Source: an uncultured Bacteroidales bacterium | GTDB lineage: Bacteria; Bacteroidota; Bacteroidia; Bacteroidales; FEN-979 | Assembly: GCA_903929315.1 (NCBI GenBank) | Contig: CAIYUC010000066.1 | Coordinates: forward strand, 10,523 to 74,522 | Length of the DNA: 64,000 bases | Reading direction: 5' to 3' | In this document: positions 44,965 to 53,837 of the stretch, one piece after another | How the letters are laid out: each line of letters begins with the position of its first letter | How positions within the stretch are numbered: position 1 is the stretch's first letter | The notes under the pieces: model-generated | The model's database searches: none | Seen by the model: only the letters and a program-made list of their open reading frames with translations | What the model was told of the DNA's origin: nothing | Position numbers and translations under genes: made by a program

Positions 44965-46452
44965 TTACCGGTTTATCACCAGTTTCTGCTCTGAAGATCT
45001 GCCCCCTGCTGTAAGTTTGATGATATAGATCCCGTCCGGAAATACCCTGACAGATTGCTCGTACCTTTTTATTTTCAGAGAATGGGAATATAACAAGTCT
45101 CCGTTAATGGAATAGATTGAAATTGAAGTTGTTTTAGAAAACACAGCATTTTTTATTTCAATTGAAATTTTATCTTTTGCAGGATTGGGATAAATGTAAA
45201 ACACAGGGAGATCTTCATTTTCTGATATGCCTGCCGTTCCTCCAATGTACCGGGCGACAGCGAAATCGCAATTGCTGCTTCCCGGAAAATGGGAACACCC
45301 TGCCAACAGGATTTTTCCATCATCCCTCACTCTTACAGCATTAGCCACATCGTGCATCCCCTGAATCGGTGTGTGAACATATCCATTGGTGCCGAAAGCT
45401 GAATCAATACTGCCATCTGCATTCAGCCTCGCCATGGCATAGTAAAGTATCATTTCAGATGGAGACCAAAATCCCGAAGTGATGATCTTGCCATCCACTT
45501 GAAGTGTCAGAGATGAAGATGAAGCCGGGGAATTAATGTCACATGAGGTTATTCCATGATGTCCAAAAGTTGTATCCGGAGTGCCATCAGGATTATACCT
45601 GGCGAAGTGAACATTGCAATAATATGACCCCCCTGCAGTCAGAATTTTACCGTCTTTCTGAATTACGACATCAAGTACAATGGGTGACGACAAATTCATT
45701 GGAGTTGTAACAATCCCATTTATTCCGAAAGTTGAATCCAGTGAACCATCGGGCTGATATCGAACTACGGCAAAATCATACAACGAACTCCCTGCCACAA
45801 TGATCTTTCCATCCGTCTGCACCGCTATTGCTGTGGCTGAACTCAGACTACCGACAGGCGTACCGACGATTCCTGATTTTCCGAACGACGTATCAGGAGT
45901 GCCGTCAGGCATGTATCTCACAGTGGTAAACTGGTTGTTTCCCGAACCTGCCATCAGTATTTTACCATCTTTCTGTAATGCCAGATCATTTCCTTTCCCG
46001 GCAATTCCAACCCCGGTAAGGGCAATCCCTCCCGAAGCAAAGGAAGAATCCAATCGTCCGTTGACCATGTATCTTATAAGGCCGAATTTTCCATTCGAAT
46101 ACCCACCGGTAAGGATCTTTCCATCGGGTTGTAAAACTGTTGTAAATGCCTCTTCATTGGCTCCTGATTCAAGCATTGTAGTAACTACACCACGTATTCC
46201 GAACGATTTGTCCATGCTTCCATCTTCATTCAGCCGGACGGTAATAAAACAATTACCGAGGGCAAGGTATGGACTTCCAACGACAATGATCTTATTGTCG
46301 GGCTGAATGGCCATGGAATGTCCGCAATTATCGGTATCTCCCAATGCAATCACCACCATACCCGTTCGGTTGAAGGTCATATCAAGCGAACCTGATTGTC
46401 CTGCAGCAATGCGTGTGATCAGGATGATCAGGATCAGGATAATATATTTCAT
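44965..46452 (-). CDS. Delta-60 repeat protein with T9SS C-terminal domain
   Basis: Start trimmed to MKYIILILIILITRIAAGQ at 46452. The repeated unit is DGSxDxxFGxxGxV...A(I/L)QxDGKI(I/L)xAG...FAVxRY (TIGR02608-type). C-terminus is YPNPAKDKISIE...DGIYIIKL. Confidence 0.85.
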   Translation of the reverse strand: MKYIILILIILITRIAAGQSGSLDMTFNRTGMVVIALGDTDNCGHSMAIQPDNKIIVVGSPYLALGNCFITVRLNEDGSMDKSFGIRGVVTTMLESGANEEAFTTVLQPDGKILTGGYSNGKFGLIRYMVNGRLDSSFASGGIALTGVGIAGKGNDLALQKDGKILMAGSGNNQFTTVRYMPDGTPDTSFGKSGIVGTPVGSLSSATAIAVQTDGKIIVAGSSLYDFAVVRYQPDGSLDSTFGINGIVTTPMNLSSPIVLDVVIQKDGKILTAGGSYYCNVHFARYNPDGTPDTTFGHHGITSCDINSPASSSSLTLQVDGKIITSGFWSPSEMILYYAMARLNADGSIDSAFGTNGYVHTPIQGMHDVANAVRVRDDGKILLAGCSHFPGSSNCDFAVARYIGGTAGISENEDLPVFYIYPNPAKDKISIEIKNAVFSKTTSISIYSINGDLLYSHSLKIKRYEQSVRVFPDGIYIIKLTAGGRSSEQKLVINR

Positions 46453-46509
46453 AATTAAAAAGAAATGAAGCAATTATGCCTTTAAATCTCCGTTATGACA
46501 ATTCCTGCA

Positions 46510-48546
46510 TTAATAAATACTCACCTCCGTATCATCATAATAAAGCGTATTCCTCCCTTTATTCCAAATGTAGAGCTCCAGCTTGTAATCTTTTTTCTCA
46601 ATTTTCGGGATTTGGAAAAATAAATTTACCTCCTGCCATTGATTGGTTTTGGGAATCAGATCCTGCAACTCATAACCATTATAAAAAAGACTTTTATCGC
46701 CTGATGTGACGGATGCAATGATAGAGCATCCCGTCAGATCCTTTTTTCTGAGAAAATACCCTTTGAATAAGACAAGTCTTGAACTATCCCTGAACGTATC
46801 CGCATTTGTCAATTTATAAGTGAGACCGAATTCCTGGTTGTTGTTCACGAACCCGGGTGCCCTACCGTTATAACTCACTTCATTCGTCAGTTTGATTTTT
46901 TTCCAGTGTTTGTTCCAAATGGAATCTACAGTCTCAAATGCACATCTTTCAATAGAAACAGGTCTTTTATCGTTCAATCCTAAAAACGTATATAAAGTCT
47001 GTTGCTTTGGCTCCGGCAACAACCGGTATAAAGTTATTTTCCCATTGCCGGAAAGTCTTTCAATCCTGTCTATGAGCTCCGGATAATTGGAAACCACTTC
47101 GGACAGGAGAAATTCATTCTGAATAACAATGTAGTCAAAATCCCATTTTAATGCTTCGATAATATTTTTTCTGGAAGTGGTCAACACTGCAAAACCTGTT
47201 CTGTTCATAAGAATGAACGGTATATTTGGCGCATAGGCATCGATGACAAGGATTTTTGCTGCATCCGGTACATTGGCAGATGCTAAAAATGCTTTTGAAT
47301 CCATAAAATTCCGGATCGTTGTTTCCGTATGATCCCAATTCCCGGTCAGCCTTCTCATTTCCTGGGTTTTGACGACTCTTGGAATAATTAAGATACATGC
47401 CAGGACCAGGATTATTATTATCGGGAATTTCAGTAATTTATGAGCTCCCGTCAGAATACTAACCAAAATAACCAATAGCAATATGCACGGAAGATAGAAT
47501 GTATCAAGAAAATAATAATCATGAGCCGGAAACTGCTGGATCATCAGGATGGAATAAATGACATTGCCTGCAATGAAAAGGGAAAAAATGACAAGCAATT
47601 GTTTATGGATTTGTTGCAGCGCTTTTTTCCGGGCAAAGATTAGTATTAATGTGGCCAGTATCAGAATAAGGAAAACAAGATAATGAACTTTGGTAAAGTA
47701 AAAATAGGTCCATTTCATCAAAATCAGTTTAAGCAGAATCCTGAACTCTTCGAAATTCCTTGGAGGTAAAGCATAATTCAAAAAGATGCTGCCGTATTTA
47801 TTTTGTAAATGATAGTTGTAAAGAAAATAAAGACCTATAAACAGGATTGAAATAAAAAACACAACCCATTTCCATAAATCTGCTTTTCGATGTATAATAG
47901 AATGAAAAGCTTCAAAAATGATAATAGCTACCAGCAAAATTGCAAATGGTAACCGGCTCAACGCGCCAAGAGTAAAAAAGAAAATACTCCAGCAAAATGA
48001 TTTCCTGCTTTGAGTCTTCAAATAATTCAGGTAAAAATAAACTGCGATAAATGCGTTTGAAACGGAAGGAACACTGGGCAGGAATCCCGCCTGGTAATAA
48101 ACAAAGACCCGCGATGTCGCAGCAAATATCACGATAAGGATGGATATTATCTTATTATTCAGCAGGAGATCACATGTTTTATAAAGAAAAAAGAGACCGA
48201 TCAGGCTGTAAGCGAGGATATACAACCTGAAGCACCAGGGGGATGTGGATCCGAATAAGTTCATAAGAAGAGCTGCCATATAATCATGAATGGGGAAATC
48301 GACTGCTGTGATGGTGGATTTATTGGCAAACTGATGACTTCCCGGAAATTGATGATTAAAAACATAGGTCTGGGGCCGGAAAAAATCGAATTCATTTCTG
48401 TTAAATCCAAGGGCGAGCGCATACCTGTCAGATTGGGCCCAGGCATGGATATGGGATGGAAATTCATTGAGATATTTCCATTGTAAAACGAATCCCAGGA
48501 CAACCAGGATAATAATTACGGAATATTGTGCCAGGAACTTTTTCAT
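46510..48546 (-). CDS. Polytopic membrane protein with C-terminal soluble domain (GT-C/ArnT-PMT-like glycosyltransferase suspected)
   Basis: 678 aa. About 11-12 hydrophobic helices occupy the first ~400 aa, followed by a ~270-aa hydrophilic domain. The family assignment rests on architecture only. Confidence 0.55.
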   Translation of the reverse strand: MKKFLAQYSVIIILVVLGFVLQWKYLNEFPSHIHAWAQSDRYALALGFNRNEFDFFRPQTYVFNHQFPGSHQFANKSTITAVDFPIHDYMAALLMNLFGSTSPWCFRLYILAYSLIGLFFLYKTCDLLLNNKIISILIVIFAATSRVFVYYQAGFLPSVPSVSNAFIAVYFYLNYLKTQSRKSFCWSIFFFTLGALSRLPFAILLVAIIIFEAFHSIIHRKADLWKWVVFFISILFIGLYFLYNYHLQNKYGSIFLNYALPPRNFEEFRILLKLILMKWTYFYFTKVHYLVFLILILATLILIFARKKALQQIHKQLLVIFSLFIAGNVIYSILMIQQFPAHDYYFLDTFYLPCILLLVILVSILTGAHKLLKFPIIIILVLACILIIPRVVKTQEMRRLTGNWDHTETTIRNFMDSKAFLASANVPDAAKILVIDAYAPNIPFILMNRTGFAVLTTSRKNIIEALKWDFDYIVIQNEFLLSEVVSNYPELIDRIERLSGNGKITLYRLLPEPKQQTLYTFLGLNDKRPVSIERCAFETVDSIWNKHWKKIKLTNEVSYNGRAPGFVNNNQEFGLTYKLTNADTFRDSSRLVLFKGYFLRKKDLTGCSIIASVTSGDKSLFYNGYELQDLIPKTNQWQEVNLFFQIPKIEKKDYKLELYIWNKGRNTLYYDDTEVSIY

Positions 48547-48662
48547 GACTGACCGGAAAAGGTTAACAGATATAATTCAACATTTTTCAAAAGTAGATAT
48601 AATTCAATAATTACCGGGTACAGATTGTGAATTATTTTGAGGTTTGGGTTATCAAATACCGT

Positions 48663-48697
48663 AACGCGAAACGCTGAAGACGTTAAACGAATAATAT
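48663..48697. repeat. Heptamer array (AACGNNN) x5
   Basis: aacgcga aacgctg aagacgt taaacga ataatat, in the divergent gap upstream of gldF. Confidence 0.6.
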
Positions 48698-48727
48698 TCT
48701 TTTTACCTAAACGTTTTTGAAAAAGAC

Positions 48728-48735
48728 TAATTTTG
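48728..48735 (+). promoter_or_regulatory. Bacteroidota-type -7 box TAATTTTG upstream of gldF
   Basis: Matches TAnnTTTG, 22 nt upstream of the ATG at 48758. Confidence 0.45.
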
Positions 48736-48757
48736 CACGGTTAATCCGCCCCCGAAT

Positions 48758-49489
48758 ATGTTCACTCTCTTCAGGAAAGAGATCAATGGCTTTCTGAATT
48801 CTCTTATCGGTTATATTGTGATCATTGTCTTTCTGCTGGTCATTGGATTGTTTCTTTGGGTACTTCCGGTTGATTCCAATATCCTGGATTTTGGCTATGC
48901 CAGTATGGACGGCTTGTTTATCATCGCACCTTTTGTTTTCCTTTTTCTCATTCCTGCTATTACCATGAGATTCTTTGCCGACGAGAAAAGGAGCGGTACT
49001 ATAGAATTGCTTATGACCCAGCCTTTGACCGACCTGCAGGTGATCCTTGCAAAATATTTCGCCGGACTCGTTCTCGTTATCTTTTCGTTGATCCCTACAT
49101 TAGTGTATTTCTTTTCCGTATACCGGCTTGGATTGGTCCATGGTAACCTGGATATCGGAAGCATGTGGGGCTCATACATCGGCCTTGTGTTTCTCAGTGC
49201 AGCTTTTGTAGCGATAGGTATCTTCGCCTCTTCTGTCAGTGATAACCAGATTGTTTCCTTTATCATTGCAGTTTTTCTGAGCGCATTCTTTTATATGGGA
49301 TTTGAACTGATCTATATTTTTATCGTATCGGGGAATATAGGTTTGATGGTGCAATCCCTTGGGATCAATGTCCATTACTCCTCCATCAGTCGCGGAGTTG
49401 TTGACTCCCGCGACCTGATCTATTTTTTGAGTATTACAACCTTGTTTCTGCTTCTCACTAAACTTTCACTGGAAAGCCGGAAATGGTAA
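48758..49489 (+). CDS. gldF: Gliding-motility-associated ABC transporter permease GldF
   Basis: MFTLFRKEINGFLNSLIGYIV, FADEKRSGTIELLMTQPL and six TM helices are present, and it is followed directly by gldG. Confidence 0.88.
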   Translation: MFTLFRKEINGFLNSLIGYIVIIVFLLVIGLFLWVLPVDSNILDFGYASMDGLFIIAPFVFLFLIPAITMRFFADEKRSGTIELLMTQPLTDLQVILAKYFAGLVLVIFSLIPTLVYFFSVYRLGLVHGNLDIGSMWGSYIGLVFLSAAFVAIGIFASSVSDNQIVSFIIAVFLSAFFYMGFELIYIFIVSGNIGLMVQSLGINVHYSSISRGVVDSRDLIYFLSITTLFLLLTKLSLESRKW

Positions 49490-49502
49490 TTAACTAAAAA
49501 TG

Positions 49503-49593
49503 AACAACTAACAACTAACAATGAATAACTACTTAATAACCACCGAATAACTATTGTATTACTACCGCATAACTTTGAATAATGACTGAATAA
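49503..49593. repeat. Heptamer array (AACAACT-derived), about 13 units
   Basis: aacaact aacaact aacaatg aataact acttaat aaccacc gaataac tattgta ttactac cgcataa ctttgaa taatgac tgaataa. It fills the gldF-gldG gap. Confidence 0.75.
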
Positions 49594-49596
49594 GAA

Positions 49597-51351
49597 ATGA
49601 CGAATACGAAGAAGAATATTAAAAGGAGTAATATCATCCAGCTAATTTTTGCGATGGTGATCATACTGCTTATTAATATCATTTCTTCTTTTGTCTTTAC
49701 CCGTTTTGACCTGACCGCTGAGAAAAGATATTCCCTATCGCCTGCAACAAAGAATTTACTAAGGAATCTGCATGATGTTGTATTTTTCAAAGTTTACCTG
49801 GAGGGGGATCTTCCGCCCGGTTTCAAGCGGCTTTCCAATGAAACCCGTGAAATGCTTGATGAATTCAGGGCTTTTACGGATAAAATTCAGTATGAGTTTG
49901 TAAATCCATCCGGAAATCCGGACCTGAAGGTACGTACCGATACTTATCGGTTACTGGCTGAACGAGGATTACAACCAACAGATCTCAGAGTGAATAAAAA
50001 AGGACAGTCTTCACAATTGATCATTTTCCCCGGGACGATGGTTTCCTACAAAGGCAGGGAAGTCCCTGTTCAACTTTTAATGGCCCAAATTGGCCAGGAT
50101 CCTGATAAAGTGCTGAACAATTCCATCCAAACCCTGGAATACAATCTTGCCAGAGCAATACAGGAGCTAATTAGACCAATCAAACCCAGGATCGCATTCA
50201 TCGAAGGACATGGAGAACTGTCGAAGCTTGAAACCGTGGATATCCAGAATGCCTTATCGGACTTTTACGATGTTGACCGTGTAACCATCAATCATAAGAT
50301 CAACAGTTTGACTATACGATTAAAGGCAGATTCAACACATGACAAGCTCGTTAATAAATATGATGCAATTATTATTGCCAAACCCACCAAAGCCTTTGAT
50401 GAGAAGGATAAATTCCTGATCGATCAGTTCATTATGCGGGGCGGGAAGGTCCTTTGGCTGATCGATCCCGTATTTGCCAGCATGGACAGCCTTCAGAAAT
50501 ATTCAGCAACAATGGGAATATCCAATGATGTCAACCTCGAAGACATGCTGTTCAATTATGGTGTAAGGCTTAATACGAATCTGGTAGTTGATCTGAATGC
50601 ATTGTCGATTCCGGTTACAACAGGAAAAGTTGGAAATCAGCCACAAATTGACTTCTTGCCCTGGTATTTCTTTCCCATCCTGACGCCTGTCCTGAATCAT
50701 CCCATCGTCAATGGGTTAAATGCGATCAAAACTGAATTTATCAGTAGTCTCGACACTGTTGAAACCCCGAATGTAAAAAAAACCATTCTTTTAACAACAT
50801 CATCCTATTCCCGCACCTTGAATGCTCCGGTATACATTGATCTCGATATACTAAGAAAACAGCCGGAAGAACGATTGTTCAGCCAGGGCCCCCAGGCAGT
50901 GGCAGTGTTACTGGAAGGAACTTTTAAATCCGGATTTCAATTCAGGATTCCTCCTGAGCTGGCAGGAAACAAGGATCTTGGTTTCCTGGAAAGTTCTGCA
51001 AAACCAACGAAAATGGTAGTGGTTACCGACGGGGATATCATAAAAAATCAATTTCATTACCAGCAAGGTTATCCGCTTCCTCTGGGTTATGATCAGTGGA
51101 CGCGTCAGACATTCGGGAATAAAGATTTTATCCTGAATGTGGTGAATTATCTTTGTGATGATTCAGGACTTATTTCCGTCAGGTCACGCGAATTAAAGCT
51201 TCGGCTCCTGGACCGGACCCTGATCAGCAAACAACGTCTTTACTGGCAATTGCTGAATTCTTTACTTCCTATACTCCTTATCGCCGGATTTGGAATTACA
51301 AAATACCTGTTAAGAAAGAAAAAATATGAACGCCCTTTAATAATAGATTAA
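49597..51351 (+). CDS. gldG: Gliding-motility-associated ABC transporter substrate-binding component GldG
   Basis: An N-terminal TM segment, then FTRFDLTAEKRYSLSPATKNLL. It has a C-terminal TM segment, and its size (584 aa) and position after gldF fit. Confidence 0.88.
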   Translation: MTNTKKNIKRSNIIQLIFAMVIILLINIISSFVFTRFDLTAEKRYSLSPATKNLLRNLHDVVFFKVYLEGDLPPGFKRLSNETREMLDEFRAFTDKIQYEFVNPSGNPDLKVRTDTYRLLAERGLQPTDLRVNKKGQSSQLIIFPGTMVSYKGREVPVQLLMAQIGQDPDKVLNNSIQTLEYNLARAIQELIRPIKPRIAFIEGHGELSKLETVDIQNALSDFYDVDRVTINHKINSLTIRLKADSTHDKLVNKYDAIIIAKPTKAFDEKDKFLIDQFIMRGGKVLWLIDPVFASMDSLQKYSATMGISNDVNLEDMLFNYGVRLNTNLVVDLNALSIPVTTGKVGNQPQIDFLPWYFFPILTPVLNHPIVNGLNAIKTEFISSLDTVETPNVKKTILLTTSSYSRTLNAPVYIDLDILRKQPEERLFSQGPQAVAVLLEGTFKSGFQFRIPPELAGNKDLGFLESSAKPTKMVVVTDGDIIKNQFHYQQGYPLPLGYDQWTRQTFGNKDFILNVVNYLCDDSGLISVRSRELKLRLLDRTLISKQRLYWQLLNSLLPILLIAGFGITKYLLRKKKYERPLIID

Positions 51352-51378
51352 ATAACGCCTTTAAACAGATGAGGTAAA

Positions 51379-52461
51379 ATGAAGAAAAACAGGTATTTTA
51401 TCATTGCAGCAATTGTCCTTGCATTAATAGCAGTTGCACTCATCCTGTCTCAATCCCGGACGACCTTTAAGAGAACTCTTAGCGATTTTGCGATTGATGA
51501 TACCTCGAATGTGACGAAGATCTTCATGGCAGATAAAAATAACAACACTCTGAAACTGACACGGATTAAACCGGGAAAATGGGTGGTCGACGATAAATAC
51601 CCGGGACAGAAATCCACCATAAATATGCTGTTAACAACCATGCTGGAACTCGAGGTTAAAGAACCCGTCGCATTGACAGCGCGCAATACTATCATCAAAC
51701 AATTAGCGGTAAACTCAGTGAAAGTTGAAATTTATCAATGGAAATTCAGGATCAATATTTTCGGTAAGATAAAACTTTTCCCACGTGAACAGTTAACGAA
51801 AGTTTATTATATCGGTGGGGCTACACAAAGTAACAGGGGAACTTATATGCTTATGGAAAATTCGTCGGAACCATTTGTAACCTACCTTCCGGGCCTCAGG
51901 GGATTTGTTTCTCCACGTTATATGCCGATAGAAAAATATTGGAGAGATTATAACATATTCAGGAAAAGTTTTCATGAAATTGCCTCCGTAAAAGTTGAAT
52001 TCCCATCCAATCCTGAACTATCCTATCTGGTTAAAAATAATCACGACAAAGAGCTAAGCTTCATTTCGCTGATCGATAACCTGGGGATCCCTAATTACGA
52101 TACTCTGAGGGTTATGAATTTTCTTACATCCTTTTTAAAAATTGATTTCGAAGCCCTTATCAATGATATGGACAAACACCGGAAAGATTCCATTCTTTCT
52201 TCTCCGCCCTTTCATATCCTTACTCTTTTAGATACCAATGGGGTAAGTACTACGATAAAAACATATCACAAAGCTGCTTACCCGGATGCAGTGGATGAGA
52301 AGGGAAGGAGCATACCTTATGACCTTGACCGGTTATATGCGTTGGTCAATAATGGACAGGATTTTACACTGATTCAGTTTCTTGTTTTTGATAAAATATT
52401 ACGCCCGAAGACATATTTTCTGAAAGAAAAAAAATCAAACAATCATAAGTTTGAACATTAA
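51379..52461 (+). CDS. DUF4340-like protein (commonly follows gldG)
   Basis: An N-terminal TM anchor (YFIIAAIVLALIAVALIL) and a 360-aa soluble domain. The assignment rests on synteny and architecture. Confidence 0.55.
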   Translation: MKKNRYFIIAAIVLALIAVALILSQSRTTFKRTLSDFAIDDTSNVTKIFMADKNNNTLKLTRIKPGKWVVDDKYPGQKSTINMLLTTMLELEVKEPVALTARNTIIKQLAVNSVKVEIYQWKFRINIFGKIKLFPREQLTKVYYIGGATQSNRGTYMLMENSSEPFVTYLPGLRGFVSPRYMPIEKYWRDYNIFRKSFHEIASVKVEFPSNPELSYLVKNNHDKELSFISLIDNLGIPNYDTLRVMNFLTSFLKIDFEALINDMDKHRKDSILSSPPFHILTLLDTNGVSTTIKTYHKAAYPDAVDEKGRSIPYDLDRLYALVNNGQDFTLIQFLVFDKILRPKTYFLKEKKSNNHKFEH

Positions 52462-52529
52462 TAATCTCTGCATAGTATGTTCTTAAAGATCACTGAACCT
52501 GTTTCTTTCCATTTTGCTTGAATGATCAG

Positions 52530-53837
52530 ATGAAGATTTCCCTGCCCAATATTCTATCTTTAAGGACCAATGAGTTGATCAGGAATGTATTTATGCTTAC
52601 GTCAGGGATCACTATTGCCCAGGCTATCCCTATCCTTTTACAGCCTTTCCTGAGAAGATTATTTACTCCTGCTGAATTCGGCGCCTTTGCCATTTTTCTA
52701 AGTATCATCGAGATTATTGTAAGTATCGGTACCTTGCGTTATGAAATGGCCATCGTCCTTCCGAGAAAGGATGTCCTGGCGGCGAATCTTTTCGGATTGT
52801 CGTTTATCATTAGTTTTGCTATAAATGCTGTGGTGTTCCTGGTTATCCTGCTTTTTCAGAATACCATCGCCCATATTGTAAATTTTCCTCCTCAATTTGT
52901 CTACTGGTTATATTTCATCCCTTTGGTTACTTTGTTATTTTGCATATCGCAATCTATCAATTATTGGCTGATCAGGAAAAAAGCCTTCTGGCCTTCTTCG
53001 ATCAATAAGATCAGCCGTCGGGGCCTGGAAGGAAGCGTGCAGTTGGCTTTTGGTATCGGTCATCTCAACCTGGGACTGGTGATAGGAGCTGTTTTTGGCC
53101 ATTTAGCCAATATAATATCAGGAATATACCAGCTTCGGGCAACTGATTTTCAAATCAGAAGGATCACTAAGGAAAAACTCCGGTATGTTTATCGAAGGTA
53201 TATCGAATTTCCAAAATATTCCACCATTCCGGCATTATTGAATGTGGTAAGCTTGCTCTTACCATTATTCATCATAAATAAAATTTTTTCTGAAAAGGAA
53301 ACAGGATATTTTGACCTTACCCGCCAAATCCTTCTGGTGCCTATGGCATTGATATCCTCCAGCCTGTCCCAGGTTTTGTTCCAGCGGATCACCGAGAAAA
53401 AACATGCCGGTAAATCAATATCAAAAGAGATCCACAGGATCACATTTATTTTATTCCTGTTTTCATTCATCGGTGCGCTTTTTTTATGGTTATGGGGAAC
53501 AGACCTCTTTGTCATCCTGTTTGGTAAGCAGTGGAGAGTGTCAGGGGAAATTGTAAAAGTCGTAATGATCGGCTTTGGCTTCCGGTTTATCGTTGCAACA
53601 CTCAGTATTATTTTAGTGGGACTGGAGAAGATCAAATGGTATTCACTCTGGCAAACACTCTATTTTATTGCTATTCTTTCACTGGTATTTGTTTCTAAAT
53701 TGACTTTTTTTCAATTTTGTATTTTCTATACCATCATTGAATCTGTTTCTTATATAGCCCAATATCTCCTGATCATCATCGTTCTTCGTCAATACGAAAA
53801 TCGTATCAGGATCAGGCCTGATAATTTGAATACATGA
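52530..53837 (+). CDS. Oligosaccharide flippase (Wzx/MOP family)
   Basis: The ATG at 52530 is preferred; the track start is TTG. About 12 TM helices are present. The N-terminal motif NVFMLTSGITIAQAIPILLQPFLRRLFTPAEFG is typical of polysaccharide-biosynthesis flippases. Confidence 0.75.
   Translation: MKISLPNILSLRTNELIRNVFMLTSGITIAQAIPILLQPFLRRLFTPAEFGAFAIFLSIIEIIVSIGTLRYEMAIVLPRKDVLAANLFGLSFIISFAINAVVFLVILLFQNTIAHIVNFPPQFVYWLYFIPLVTLLFCISQSINYWLIRKKAFWPSSINKISRRGLEGSVQLAFGIGHLNLGLVIGAVFGHLANIISGIYQLRATDFQIRRITKEKLRYVYRRYIEFPKYSTIPALLNVVSLLLPLFIINKIFSEKETGYFDLTRQILLVPMALISSSLSQVLFQRITEKKHAGKSISKEIHRITFILFLFSFIGALFLWLWGTDLFVILFGKQWRVSGEIVKVVMIGFGFRFIVATLSIILVGLEKIKWYSLWQTLYFIAILSLVFVSKLTFFQFCIFYTIIESVSYIAQYLLIIIVLRQYENRIRIRPDNLNT

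Noticed and set aside
45800-46306. 168-aa plus-strand ORF
   Set aside because: It is antisense to the delta-60 repeat gene. Its Pro/Ser-rich translation mirrors the Gly/Asp-rich repeats on the coding strand.
53189-53635. 148-aa minus-strand ORF
   Set aside because: It is antisense to the 12-TM flippase gene.
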